From NCBI GenBank assembly GCA_039630055.1, contig JBCNVN010000005.1, positions 1-52,357 on the forward strand: a DNA stretch of 52,357 nucleotides. Direction: 5' to 3'. The position numbers were made by a program, and so were the translations under genes. Below are positions 9,802 through 18,956 of the stretch, piece after piece. This stretch comes from Candidatus Caldarchaeales archaeon. Lineage in GTDB: Archaea; Thermoproteota; Nitrososphaeria_A; Caldarchaeales; Wolframiiraptoraceae. The notes under the pieces were generated by a model, which searched no databases, was not told the DNA's origin, and saw only the letters and a list, made by a program, of their open reading frames with translations. Position 1 is the first letter of the stretch. Each line of letters begins with the position of its first letter.

Positions 9802-10743
9802 GTGTTTATAATGGATTTACTTAGTTTCTTTATCCCTGGAAGACTAGTTCAATCGATCCTATCTAGTAGTAGTGAGCTTAAGAAGAGGCTTATAATCGGG
9901 ATATCTTTTTCAGCTGTATTAATCTTGTCGTTAAGCATGTTATCTTCATACTTTATCGAAGAGAAGATAGAAGTAAGGTTTGAATTGAAGGGTTTTGAAG
10001 AAGTTCAGCCACAGTTCCCTACATTCTACCAGATGCTTATCTCTAGAACTATATCTATAGGCTTGACTATAATGATAATATTCCTAGTCTTGAGGCTTGC
10101 TCTATACTTTATCAAAAGAGTTGATGCAAAGAGTTTCGCTCTTATTACAGCGGTCCTAAGCTCCTTCATAATCTTATTGATGGCCACGGCGGTTACAACC
10201 CCACTAATAATGGCTCAACCTAAAGCACCCTACATTATAGTAGACGTAGAGCTACAGGATGTTACAGTATTCAATGGATCTTTTACAGGATATACAAAGC
10301 AAGGGATTGTAAGTTTTAATTCACCTGAGATAAGTATAGGTTACCTTAGAGCTTACAGGGTTTCTCCCGATATGAAGACGGTTGACTGGAGTTTTGAGAG
10401 CTTAGAAGATATTCAGAGATTAATCTTCGAGTCTAAGACCGTAGTTAACATGAGTAATATCAAGTGGATTGAAGATGGGGTGGAGAAAACTTTAGATGAG
10501 TTGAGCTTGGCAGACTTTAGATGGACATCAATAAAATACAATCTCTACCTAAATGCTTTATGGATTAATGTTGGATCCTCTACAGTGACCCAAATATTCT
10601 CTCTATTCCTACCTATAAGCTGGGGGATAGCGATACTCTTCACGGTAAGATGCTTCATGAAGCTCTATGAAACCTCTACTTCTACAGCATTGATACTCTG
10701 GATCGTGATATACTTTTTACTCTTCTTGATGGGTCTACTCTAA
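9802..10743 (+). CDS. Five-TM membrane protein, Yip1-like topology with large extracellular insertion
   Basis: Three N-terminal TMs, about 120-aa beta-rich loop, two C-terminal TMs. Family call is tentative. Confidence 0.6.
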   Translation: MFIMDLLSFFIPGRLVQSILSSSSELKKRLIIGISFSAVLILSLSMLSSYFIEEKIEVRFELKGFEEVQPQFPTFYQMLISRTISIGLTIMIIFLVLRLALYFIKRVDAKSFALITAVLSSFIILLMATAVTTPLIMAQPKAPYIIVDVELQDVTVFNGSFTGYTKQGIVSFNSPEISIGYLRAYRVSPDMKTVDWSFESLEDIQRLIFESKTVVNMSNIKWIEDGVEKTLDELSLADFRWTSIKYNLYLNALWINVGSSTVTQIFSLFLPISWGIAILFTVRCFMKLYETSTSTALILWIVIYFLLFLMGLL

Positions 10744-10771
10744 AAATAGCTAAACCCGGCGCCTAAACTCT

Positions 10772-11548
10772 TTAGTCTTTCTTGATTACTCTACCAGTGG
10801 GATCGATCTCGCCGAGGATTATTCTCGTACTAGATATAGTCTTACCATCCTCCGCGACGACTAGTGGACATACTATAACCTCTAGATTTTTCAAGCCCTT
10901 CCTAACCCTAACCTCGTTTATCTCTATAGCTCTATAATATGTCATGGGGCTTACTACGAGAAGCTCTAACTCTGGATCTTCTACGGTTGGTCCATAAGGA
11001 TCATTCAATAAAACTATCTCGCATCTTTCCAACCAGCCATTGGATGAGAGCATAGATTTAAGATTTCTAACTCTCTCATCAAAACTTTTAGCCATGTATC
11101 TCTTCCCCAGAGTCTTCACGAACTCATCTCCAGTAACCCCGATCAGCACTTTCTCACTATTTTTTAGAGCTGTATAGATCAGAGTTAAATGTCCATAGTG
11201 TGGCTCATTGAAAGTGCCGCCGACCGCCGCTTTCTTGTATCTTGGTTTAGGAAAACTTTTCTTAATCTCTTCTTCTACATCTTCTCTCCACATCCTAAGC
11301 TCATCAAGGATCACTATGGATTCTCCAAGCGGCATTCTCAGCAAGACCGATAACTCTCCAAAAGATACTCCAGGATTCTCTACTAGCACCACATCTCTAA
11401 CATATGATTTATGTTCATTGTATAGTGGCATGCTCTTGGCAAGCTCAACCACTATATCCCATAGAGGATGGTCTTTATACTCTCTAGGAACACTCTTCAA
11501 TCTGGCGAGGGGGCTATACGTTTCCATCTTTATATGATTAATCAACAA
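10772..11548 (-). CDS. coaD: Archaeal phosphopantetheine adenylyltransferase with about 100-aa N-terminal extension
   Basis: AVGGTF..HYGH, DPYGP, LVVS and ISSTRI motifs. Confidence 0.88.
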   Translation of the reverse strand: MLINHIKMETYSPLARLKSVPREYKDHPLWDIVVELAKSMPLYNEHKSYVRDVVLVENPGVSFGELSVLLRMPLGESIVILDELRMWREDVEEEIKKSFPKPRYKKAAVGGTFNEPHYGHLTLIYTALKNSEKVLIGVTGDEFVKTLGKRYMAKSFDERVRNLKSMLSSNGWLERCEIVLLNDPYGPTVEDPELELLVVSPMTYYRAIEINEVRVRKGLKNLEVIVCPLVVAEDGKTISSTRIILGEIDPTGRVIKKD

Positions 11549-11720
11549 GCTTTATTATATTCTTCCAAATTATTAAGATAAACTCTATGGAAGTAATCAT
11601 TTTTTAACCATGACCATCATAGCAAACTTGTAGAGGTTGTATTGAGATAAGATTAAAGGTTAGAATAGGGTGATAGAAGCGAGGTGTAAAAATTATGTTT
11701 ACTGGATGTGTTAATATTGT

Positions 11721-11733
11721 AAAGCTTTATATA
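11721..11733 (+). promoter_or_regulatory. BRE-TATA promoter of the 11.76-18.45 kb operon (probably leaderless)
   Basis: AAAGC-TTTATATA ending about 25 nt before the ATG at 11759. Confidence 0.6.
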
Positions 11734-11758
11734 GTAGGATTTAGCTCGAGAGTTAGCC

Positions 11759-12304
11759 ATGATTATGGGCTTGGCAGAAATCGTACCCCCTCAACCTCCT
11801 CCATGGCTCGACCCAACGGTATACCTCTCAAACCTTGGCTGGGTATTATTGAGAACCTTCCTGACCTTTCTCCTAATATTCTTTATCGGTCTAGGCTCTC
11901 TACGTCTACTCGACCATATTACTCCAGGGATTAGCGAGGTCTCGAAGATAAGAGGCAACCCAATAGCGGTAGGAATGTTCGCTGCAGGCTTCTTCATCTA
12001 TCTCTCCTTCGCCTATATCGCTTCTATGATCTCTCCTCTACCTATCGGCACTACCACTGGCATCGTAGCAGGAGTAAGCCCACTAGTATTGATAGCGTAT
12101 AAACTGCTAACACTATTCTTCGGGATACTCATCTCACTTCTCTTCGCATTCGTCTACTATAGGATCCTCGCAAAACTAGAACCATATGGAGTAGATTTAG
12201 ATGATGTTGATAAGGAGCCGATTGCAGTCGGCATCTATTTGATGGGTTACCTAATATTCTTAGGCGCAATAGTCTACGTTTCACTGCTTCTACCTGTAGT
12301 GTGA
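11759..12304 (+). CDS. DUF350-like membrane protein (two repeats)
   Basis: Internal repeat KIRGNPIAVG / DVDKEPIAVG, each between TM helices. Matches my recollection of the DUF350 (YjfL) GN.AVG pattern. Confidence 0.65.
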   Translation: MIMGLAEIVPPQPPPWLDPTVYLSNLGWVLLRTFLTFLLIFFIGLGSLRLLDHITPGISEVSKIRGNPIAVGMFAAGFFIYLSFAYIASMISPLPIGTTTGIVAGVSPLVLIAYKLLTLFFGILISLLFAFVYYRILAKLEPYGVDLDDVDKEPIAVGIYLMGYLIFLGAIVYVSLLLPVV

Positions 12305-12310
12305 TTTTAT

Positions 12311-13195
12311 ATGTCTAAGAGGAATAGAATTTGGTACGAAAGCTTTACGACAGTGTTTATCAAACCGGAGCCAATAATATCACCAACTGAAGAAGTCTAT
12401 CGAGAGAGTGAGATACGTTCTCTAAAGAGGTCTGCATCAATATTCATAGGTAGTGGATTAATAGTCGTGGTTAGCTTACTCATCATCTTCTTCCCATTTT
12501 TAATGAATATACTTGGAGCTTTAGCTTTCTCAATAATACCCGTAGCTACACTTCTCGCATGGGTTATTAAAACCGATAAGTATGAACCTGAACCAAAATC
12601 TCTGATACTCGCTGTAATAGGTATAGGTGGATGCATCGCTGCGATCTTCTCAGTTATTAATTTTCCAAGCGGGTTAACATACTACTTAGCTAAGATAGCT
12701 TTGATAGAGGTACTTTTCTTCTTGATATTGTTTGGACTTGACTCAAATAGAGTTACGGGAAGAGAGTTTAATGATCATCTAGACGGAGCTGTCTACGGGC
12801 TATCATTAGGGCTAGGATACATACTATACGACAACTTTATCAAAGTATACATGATGCCACCTATTATCAATCCATTAATGCTAATCTTACTAGCAGTTGA
12901 AGATATATTCATCTCGGTCTTCCCTGCTCTCACGGGGTGGTGGATAGGTTACGTTAAAGCAAAGTATGCATCAGTAAGGTTCATAGACCTTCTCGCAGGA
13001 TTTATTCCAATCATCTTGATCCGAGTTCTTTACGAAGCTTTTACGATCGTTATCTCCTCAATTAATCTACCACTTAGATTAGCCGCCGTAATACTAGTAG
13101 GCGTGATTATTTTATCTATTCTTCTGAGGAGGGTTAGATGGGCTTTAGAAGATGAGAGATTATGGAGATACCACATCGGGAGGGCTCCAGTATAG
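12311..13195 (+). CDS. PrsW-family intramembrane protease homolog, catalytic motifs degenerate
   Basis: DKYEPEP and DGAVYGLSLGLG family motifs are present; EExxK, FxxxEN and the conserved His are not. Confidence 0.72.
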   Translation: MSKRNRIWYESFTTVFIKPEPIISPTEEVYRESEIRSLKRSASIFIGSGLIVVVSLLIIFFPFLMNILGALAFSIIPVATLLAWVIKTDKYEPEPKSLILAVIGIGGCIAAIFSVINFPSGLTYYLAKIALIEVLFFLILFGLDSNRVTGREFNDHLDGAVYGLSLGLGYILYDNFIKVYMMPPIINPLMLILLAVEDIFISVFPALTGWWIGYVKAKYASVRFIDLLAGFIPIILIRVLYEAFTIVISSINLPLRLAAVILVGVIILSILLRRVRWALEDERLWRYHIGRAPV

Positions 13196-13207
13196 AGGGG
13201 GTAGTGG

Positions 13208-14275
13208 ATGAAGGTATCTATGAACTCATTATCCTTAACCTCAATATCAACGATATTCTTGATATTGTCGATTTTACTTCCAATTACTTTAGCTGGAACT
13301 CCACCTTACATTAAAGCTGGATTAAAATTCGTATACCAGATTTATGATGGAAAGACCCAGCAACCTGAAAACGTCTTCCACAACTATATCATTGAATTTG
13401 CTACTACTCAAAGAATACTTATCCGGATAGAGTCAGATGTAGTTAAATCTCAATCTATTGAAGCTGATGGAGATGGAAACATACTTGGAGGGGGAGGTCG
13501 TATCGATCTATGGATACCCATCGATCTTCAAGTTGGTTCTAAAATAAAATTAATGGAATATGATGCGATCGTAGCGATGAAAAACTATGACTTAGATAAG
13601 AGTGGAAGATTAACGTTCACAGTTATTTCGAGTACAGACCAGAAGATAATGTGGCTCTATGTTGATGGAGGAAGCATACCTGAAGCCAATCAGCTACTAG
13701 GACTTCTCTTCGGAGTGGTCTTTACAAGTGCGAATAAATTCATGGTCTTCACCAAAGTAGAACAAGCAGAAGTTAAAACGGTTGTTACAACAAAAACTAC
13801 CCAGACAATAACATCTAAAACATTAACTACACCCTTAAAGACGACAGTAACAGCTAGAAGTACCGTAACAGTAGGAGGAGAGACCACGTTAACAACATAT
13901 ATTACAACTACCGTTATTCAAACTACTGTAACACAAGTTTCCACGATCACTACCCATAGCTTAGAGACACATGCAACAACTATTACTACTGTAAGTACTG
14001 TTACACCAGATACTCAGATTACAGAAGCTGGCTCCTCATTTATAATCCCTCTACCTGTAGCTGTTGTAGTAGCATTGGTAATAGTTGGAGGAGGGTTCTT
14101 CTATGTAAGAAGTTGGAAGAAGCCACTTCCACCAAAATATCCATACCCATCATATCCAATTCCTCCACCACTCCCCGCACATCCACCACAGATGGTTGGA
14201 TACTGTCCAGCATGTAGATATCCAATATATAGTGGAGATGTATTCTGTAGGAGGTGTGGATACCGTGTATCATAA
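13208..14275 (+). CDS. Type I membrane protein: signal peptide, beta-rich ectodomain, Thr-rich stalk, TM, Pro-rich tail, zinc ribbon
   Basis: Thr-rich residues about 190-275, TM ending in RSWKK, C-terminal CPAC...CRRC. Confidence 0.82.
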   Translation: MKVSMNSLSLTSISTIFLILSILLPITLAGTPPYIKAGLKFVYQIYDGKTQQPENVFHNYIIEFATTQRILIRIESDVVKSQSIEADGDGNILGGGGRIDLWIPIDLQVGSKIKLMEYDAIVAMKNYDLDKSGRLTFTVISSTDQKIMWLYVDGGSIPEANQLLGLLFGVVFTSANKFMVFTKVEQAEVKTVVTTKTTQTITSKTLTTPLKTTVTARSTVTVGGETTLTTYITTTVIQTTVTQVSTITTHSLETHATTITTVSTVTPDTQITEAGSSFIIPLPVAVVVALVIVGGGFFYVRSWKKPLPPKYPYPSYPIPPPLPAHPPQMVGYCPACRYPIYSGDVFCRRCGYRVS

Positions 14276-15890
14276 GATTGCTACAATAATTTTCATCTTT
14301 CTTTTAACTCTATCGAGTTTATCAATTCTTTCAGTGGGCGATGCTCAAGAAGATGAAATAAAGATCGAGTGGAATAGACCGATACATTTTCTTGGCCCCC
14401 AGAGGACCCTAGTACTTATTGTTGAGTTTTCAGATGTTAGATTTAGATCTTCAATACAGAAAGTTGAGGAGATAGTGGATATAGTTAACAGATTCATCAA
14501 GTCTAGCTCATATGGGAAGACGTGGTTAGACTACTACATATACCCCAAAATCATAACCTTGCCGAAGAACATGGCCTACTATGGTGGACCAAGTCCTGGA
14601 GCACAGAGAGGAGATGATAATGCGAGATCTTTAGAGTTCAAGTATCTGGCGATAAAGTTCTTTAAAGAAAGATCTGGGAAAGACATAACCGAGTTCAAGC
14701 ACGTTATAATAGTTCATGCAGGTGGAGATGAAGCAGCAAGTGGTTCACCTAACGATATATGGAGCCACTGTATGATGTCTAAACCTATATATCTTCTTGG
14801 AGAGGAATATGGACTCGACGCAATCTACGAAATGCTTATGAGTCAAGGCCCTGAATACCAGATGGTCGCAGATATTTTAATGCATAAGAAGCCTGATGGA
14901 GAATGGCATCTAATCGCTGGGGTAGAGACTGTGGCCGAGGAAGATATGCCCTCGGTCATGATGCACGAGTTCACCCACAGTATGTGGATATACGACCACT
15001 ACGTTTATTCTAAGGATGGCTACAGTGCGGGGTCTGAAGTAGGAGTATGGACGAACATGGATGCGGGACCAATGCTAGACCCTCCTGTCGACATCGATGG
15101 ATGGTCAAAGTATCTTCTAGGATGGGTGGAGGCTGTCGAAGTTAAAGAGGATGGAGAGTACATAATTCATACCTTAGATAAACCTGATGAACCACATGGG
15201 ATAATAATCCCCATAAATGAAGAAGAATACTACTTCATACATGCTAGAAGACCAGTAGGTCAAGATGCTGCTCTACCAGGTCCAGGAGTATTATTATTCA
15301 AGATCAATAAGTATAGGTCTCGGAATATTGAGGGAGAACCATATATGGTCAGTCTATCTGATGCGAATCCTGATACGCCTCCTGAGTGTAGAGACCTCGA
15401 TAAGAGAAAGGTTAGGCTCTGCGAGACACTTGATGCACCCTACTATGAAGATGAACAATATAGAGGACTGTGGGGGCGGTTTGCTATAAACCTCTTAACC
15501 GAAGAAGTAACAACAGAAGAAGGTTTCTATATAAAGGTTACAGAGTTCGATGAATCAGAAGGTTTTGCTAAAGTGTACATAAGCCTCCAAGGAAAACCGG
15601 CTGATGAAGTTGTCGAAGATGCTGAGAAGGATGAGGAGGTTACAACCGTAACAAAGACTATTACAGGAACATATACTGAAACAATATACACAACCATAAC
15701 TACTTTTGGAACGGTTACGAAGAGTATTGTGGTAACCGTTACCGTTGCTCCTCCACCACGGATGGAAAACTGGACAGACTACCTCTCAATCATCATAATA
15801 TTTGCAGCCGTGGTAGCCGTCTTCGCAATAATAATCTTGAGGAAGAGGGCACCTCCACCGCCTCCACCTCCACAATATCCACCATGGTAG
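14265..15890 (+). CDS. Membrane-anchored M6-family (immune inhibitor A-like) zinc metalloprotease
   Basis: IIVHAGGDEA, DIWSH, HEFTH...DHY and KYLLGW motifs; Thr stalk, TM, poly-Pro tail. Start placed at GTG 14265, just before the signal peptide (ORF track gives 14196). Confidence 0.88.
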   Translation: MYHKIATIIFIFLLTLSSLSILSVGDAQEDEIKIEWNRPIHFLGPQRTLVLIVEFSDVRFRSSIQKVEEIVDIVNRFIKSSSYGKTWLDYYIYPKIITLPKNMAYYGGPSPGAQRGDDNARSLEFKYLAIKFFKERSGKDITEFKHVIIVHAGGDEAASGSPNDIWSHCMMSKPIYLLGEEYGLDAIYEMLMSQGPEYQMVADILMHKKPDGEWHLIAGVETVAEEDMPSVMMHEFTHSMWIYDHYVYSKDGYSAGSEVGVWTNMDAGPMLDPPVDIDGWSKYLLGWVEAVEVKEDGEYIIHTLDKPDEPHGIIIPINEEEYYFIHARRPVGQDAALPGPGVLLFKINKYRSRNIEGEPYMVSLSDANPDTPPECRDLDKRKVRLCETLDAPYYEDEQYRGLWGRFAINLLTEEVTTEEGFYIKVTEFDESEGFAKVYISLQGKPADEVVEDAEKDEEVTTVTKTITGTYTETIYTTITTFGTVTKSIVVTVTVAPPPRMENWTDYLSIIIIFAAVVAVFAIIILRKRAPPPPPPPQYPPW

Positions 15891-15899
15891 AATCTTGAA

Positions 15900-17285
15900 A
15901 TGACTATCGTAAAAAAGACTTGGATCATCTCGATTATCACGCTAACAGTATTCGTATATCTCCAGCCAAGCATGGTGAGCAGTTTAGAGCAAGATTCTCT
16001 AGAATTATCTGTAGAAAATTATCTCAAGAATATGCTCGAATACGTTAAATCTAATATAGACAAAGATGGGGTTGTATTGAGATATGGTGAGAGGCATATC
16101 ATAAGGGCCACCGCTAGGCTAGGTCTTCTAGCAGGATACATACATCTAGGACTCGGAGATAGTGAATCACTAAGCATCTTCAATGAAATTGCTAGAGCCC
16201 TATACCTACGTCTAAATAGTGGAGAGATAGGATTAGAGGAAATAAGTGAGGCTCTCTTGACACATCAAGCTCTGCTAGAATTTGCCGTACTACATTATGG
16301 GTTAACCGGGTCTGAAGAGTCTAGAGAAATAATGATGAGGTCATGTGAATCTCTCATGGAAGAGTTTGGATGGACCCCGACCACATCATGCTCTACGTAT
16401 CTATTATACTCTGCACATGTCTCCTTTATGGCGGGTGGAAGACCGGAGAAGCAAGATATAGAGATAGCTTTAAAAGAGATATCGGAAAAATATGTAGAGT
16501 TCATAAATTATACTTCTAGACATGGGGGAAACCTTGCAGTAGGTCTCAACATTCTATCGATAGCTATCAAAGTAGCTCAATCTTCTAAGACCCAGCTACC
16601 GTTAGAGATACCTGCAATGTGGGAGGTACATCTCAACTATAGTCTGAAATATGTTAGGGATTCAGGTGAAGAGTTAGATTATGAAAATTATGAGCTTTTC
16701 TTGGATAGTTTCCTCTCAGCTCTTGAAACAGGTTACGCTACACCTCTTAGAGAAGATGTTTTAAGAGAATCTGAAAAGATTACAGTAGAGATTATGGAAG
16801 ACTGGATGTCGGGAGGTAGATTGATACTTTTAGAGAAAGACTCTTTCAACTATCTACTATATGATCCCTCTCTAGATTTTAAACAGCTTATAGAGATCTA
16901 TAGTAAGAATCCAAGGATAAGAGTATACGACCTTAACCTACCGATCCTTCTTCAAAGATTATCAAAGATTGGTGAAATCGAGAAGATTGATGAGTTTCGG
17001 GAAGGATCAACTTTGGCCGTCAAGATCGTATCATCAAGTCAACCATACTTCAAGTTGGCTAGAGATGAGATATCTCCACATCAAGAGATAATTGATAGGA
17101 TAATCTCTACACGTTTTCTCTCTACATGGTATATTATTGAGAAGGCTGTAATGAGGCCTCCAGAAGATATAGAATTAGCCTATACTGGGCCGTCATACTA
17201 TACGTTGATATCATCCTCAACTCTACTGATTATCCTCTTAATCCTATACAGACTCGGTATACTGATGAAGGTTGAAAGAGGATGA
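15900..17285 (+). CDS. Hypothetical secreted, C-terminally anchored protein (largely helical, acidic)
   Basis: N-terminal signal peptide and C-terminal TM; 9 nt after the preceding stop. Confidence 0.75.
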   Translation: MTIVKKTWIISIITLTVFVYLQPSMVSSLEQDSLELSVENYLKNMLEYVKSNIDKDGVVLRYGERHIIRATARLGLLAGYIHLGLGDSESLSIFNEIARALYLRLNSGEIGLEEISEALLTHQALLEFAVLHYGLTGSEESREIMMRSCESLMEEFGWTPTTSCSTYLLYSAHVSFMAGGRPEKQDIEIALKEISEKYVEFINYTSRHGGNLAVGLNILSIAIKVAQSSKTQLPLEIPAMWEVHLNYSLKYVRDSGEELDYENYELFLDSFLSALETGYATPLREDVLRESEKITVEIMEDWMSGGRLILLEKDSFNYLLYDPSLDFKQLIEIYSKNPRIRVYDLNLPILLQRLSKIGEIEKIDEFREGSTLAVKIVSSSQPYFKLARDEISPHQEIIDRIISTRFLSTWYIIEKAVMRPPEDIELAYTGPSYYTLISSSTLLIILLILYRLGILMKVERG

Positions 17286-18454
17286 GGTCGGAGCCATCTA
17301 CTAAGACAGGATTAACCTTCTTATTGATAGGTGTAACAGTAACATTATCGGGAATAGTTTTAGAACGGGTTCAGCTAGATATGTTGAGGCTCCAAGAACA
17401 GTATCTGGCACTCTCAACAACACTCTATGTCGATATCGGTCCAGGTTTGACTGCAGCAGGTTTAGCATGGATAGTTTCAAGCATTAATCCTATCAGGAAA
17501 TCCTATCTTATACCGATATCCATCGGGATCGTTCTGCCTACACTCGTATTATCCCTTGGGTCAATAATCTTAGAGATAGGCTACTTGGGAGCCATAATAT
17601 GGCATTTAACTTTATTCACTATACCTCCCGCCTTCATCGCTTCCAGTGTTGTAGCTGGGGTCATAGTGGAAAGGCATAGGAGAAGGGATAAGGTTCCAGA
17701 TATCAAGGTAAGGTTTGAAAAACATTTATTGTATCTGATCGCTATAGCTCTATTCTTAATATTCTCGAGAGAACCGTTAGCTCTATTGAGATTAGTTATC
17801 CTGGCTTTGACCACATGGATACTATGGCATTTCATCAGTCCGAGACTTGCATGCTATCTAATAGCGAGAAAAATGAGAAGAGGGATGAGAAGATACGAGT
17901 TGGTTTCTCATAAGAGAAATATAGAAGAGTTGACCTTGATTAACGTATTCTCAAAGTCTTATTATCCTCTTGCTTTTGGTCTAGGCCTCTCTCTTACACT
18001 ATTCAATATAGTAGAGATATTCCCAATCCCTGAAGGTCTTGTGCCATCTGAACCGATGTCAAAGGTAGTTCAACTAGTCATGTTCTCTATTCTAGCGATC
18101 GTTGTAGGCTCAGCATATGTAGGTCCCGTAGTTTGGCTCTATAGAGATTCGGGAATAAGGGTTAAGGATAATGTTTCAATGGTTGTCGAGGAACCAAAGA
18201 TACATTCTTTCGCAAATAATCTCGTAGAGGTTTATGGTTTCATTCAAGCTCCTATCAGCTTCACCATAGCGGCAACTGGAGGAGACTATCTATATGCGAT
18301 CACATTGCTAGCACTTCTAATAGTAACCATACTGACGGTCTCCCTCTCGGTAGTGATCTTGTATGTAAGATTTTCCTCAGAGAGCAATCTACGCTATCTT
18401 ATCAATAGGTTGGTTAAAGAAGGATACATCCAGCCTTCAACCGGAGTTCACTAG
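17282..18454 (+). CDS. Hypothetical polytopic membrane protein (about 9-10 TM)
   Basis: ATGA overlap with the upstream gene; many hydrophobic segments with basic loops. Confidence 0.75.
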   Translation: MRSEPSTKTGLTFLLIGVTVTLSGIVLERVQLDMLRLQEQYLALSTTLYVDIGPGLTAAGLAWIVSSINPIRKSYLIPISIGIVLPTLVLSLGSIILEIGYLGAIIWHLTLFTIPPAFIASSVVAGVIVERHRRRDKVPDIKVRFEKHLLYLIAIALFLIFSREPLALLRLVILALTTWILWHFISPRLACYLIARKMRRGMRRYELVSHKRNIEELTLINVFSKSYYPLAFGLGLSLTLFNIVEIFPIPEGLVPSEPMSKVVQLVMFSILAIVVGSAYVGPVVWLYRDSGIRVKDNVSMVVEEPKIHSFANNLVEVYGFIQAPISFTIAATGGDYLYAITLLALLIVTILTVSLSVVILYVRFSSESNLRYLINRLVKEGYIQPSTGVH

Positions 18455-18545
18455 TATATTTTTATAATCTTTCTAGATGTTCCATACATTGATCGGAAGA
18501 TTTATTAGAGACTGGAGACAGTAAAAACTAGATAGGTGGTTAAAT

Positions 18546-18956
18546 TTGTCTATGATACCTAGGGGTAAGTTGATTGGAATGCAGGTATACAATCCGAATG
18601 GAACATTTATTGGAACTGTGCAAGATATAGCTTTACCTATCGGAGGAGGAGAGATGGGGATCCAGATATTGACGAGAGCTCAGACAACCCATACCATCGA
18701 GTGGAGCAAGATAGCGGCTGTAGGCGATATTATAATCTTAAAAGAAAATATTGAGCTACCTGTATCTGCTCCTGCAACAGCATCTATCGTATCACCAACA
18801 ATGACGCCAGTCAAGGAAGAGAAGAGAGGACTGGAAGTGATTACCAGTGTATTTAGGAGGAGAGAGAAGCCGGCTTGCCCAACATGTGGGAAACCCTTAA
18901 CATATATTGAACAGTATAAGAGATGGTACTGTTATAACTGTAGTCGCTATGTCTAG
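18546..18956 (+). CDS. PRC-barrel protein with C-terminal zinc ribbon
   Basis: LIGMQVYNPNGTFIGTVQDI...IEWSKIAAVGDIIIL (PRC barrel) and CPTCGKPLTYIEQYKRWYCYNC. GGTGG SD upstream. Confidence 0.85.
   Translation: MSMIPRGKLIGMQVYNPNGTFIGTVQDIALPIGGGEMGIQILTRAQTTHTIEWSKIAAVGDIIILKENIELPVSAPATASIVSPTMTPVKEEKRGLEVITSVFRRREKPACPTCGKPLTYIEQYKRWYCYNCSRYV

Noticed and set aside
13780-14020. ACN-rich quasi-repeats (also near 15640-15745 and 27500-27600)
   Set aside because: They encode Thr-rich protein stalks and are not DNA repeat elements.
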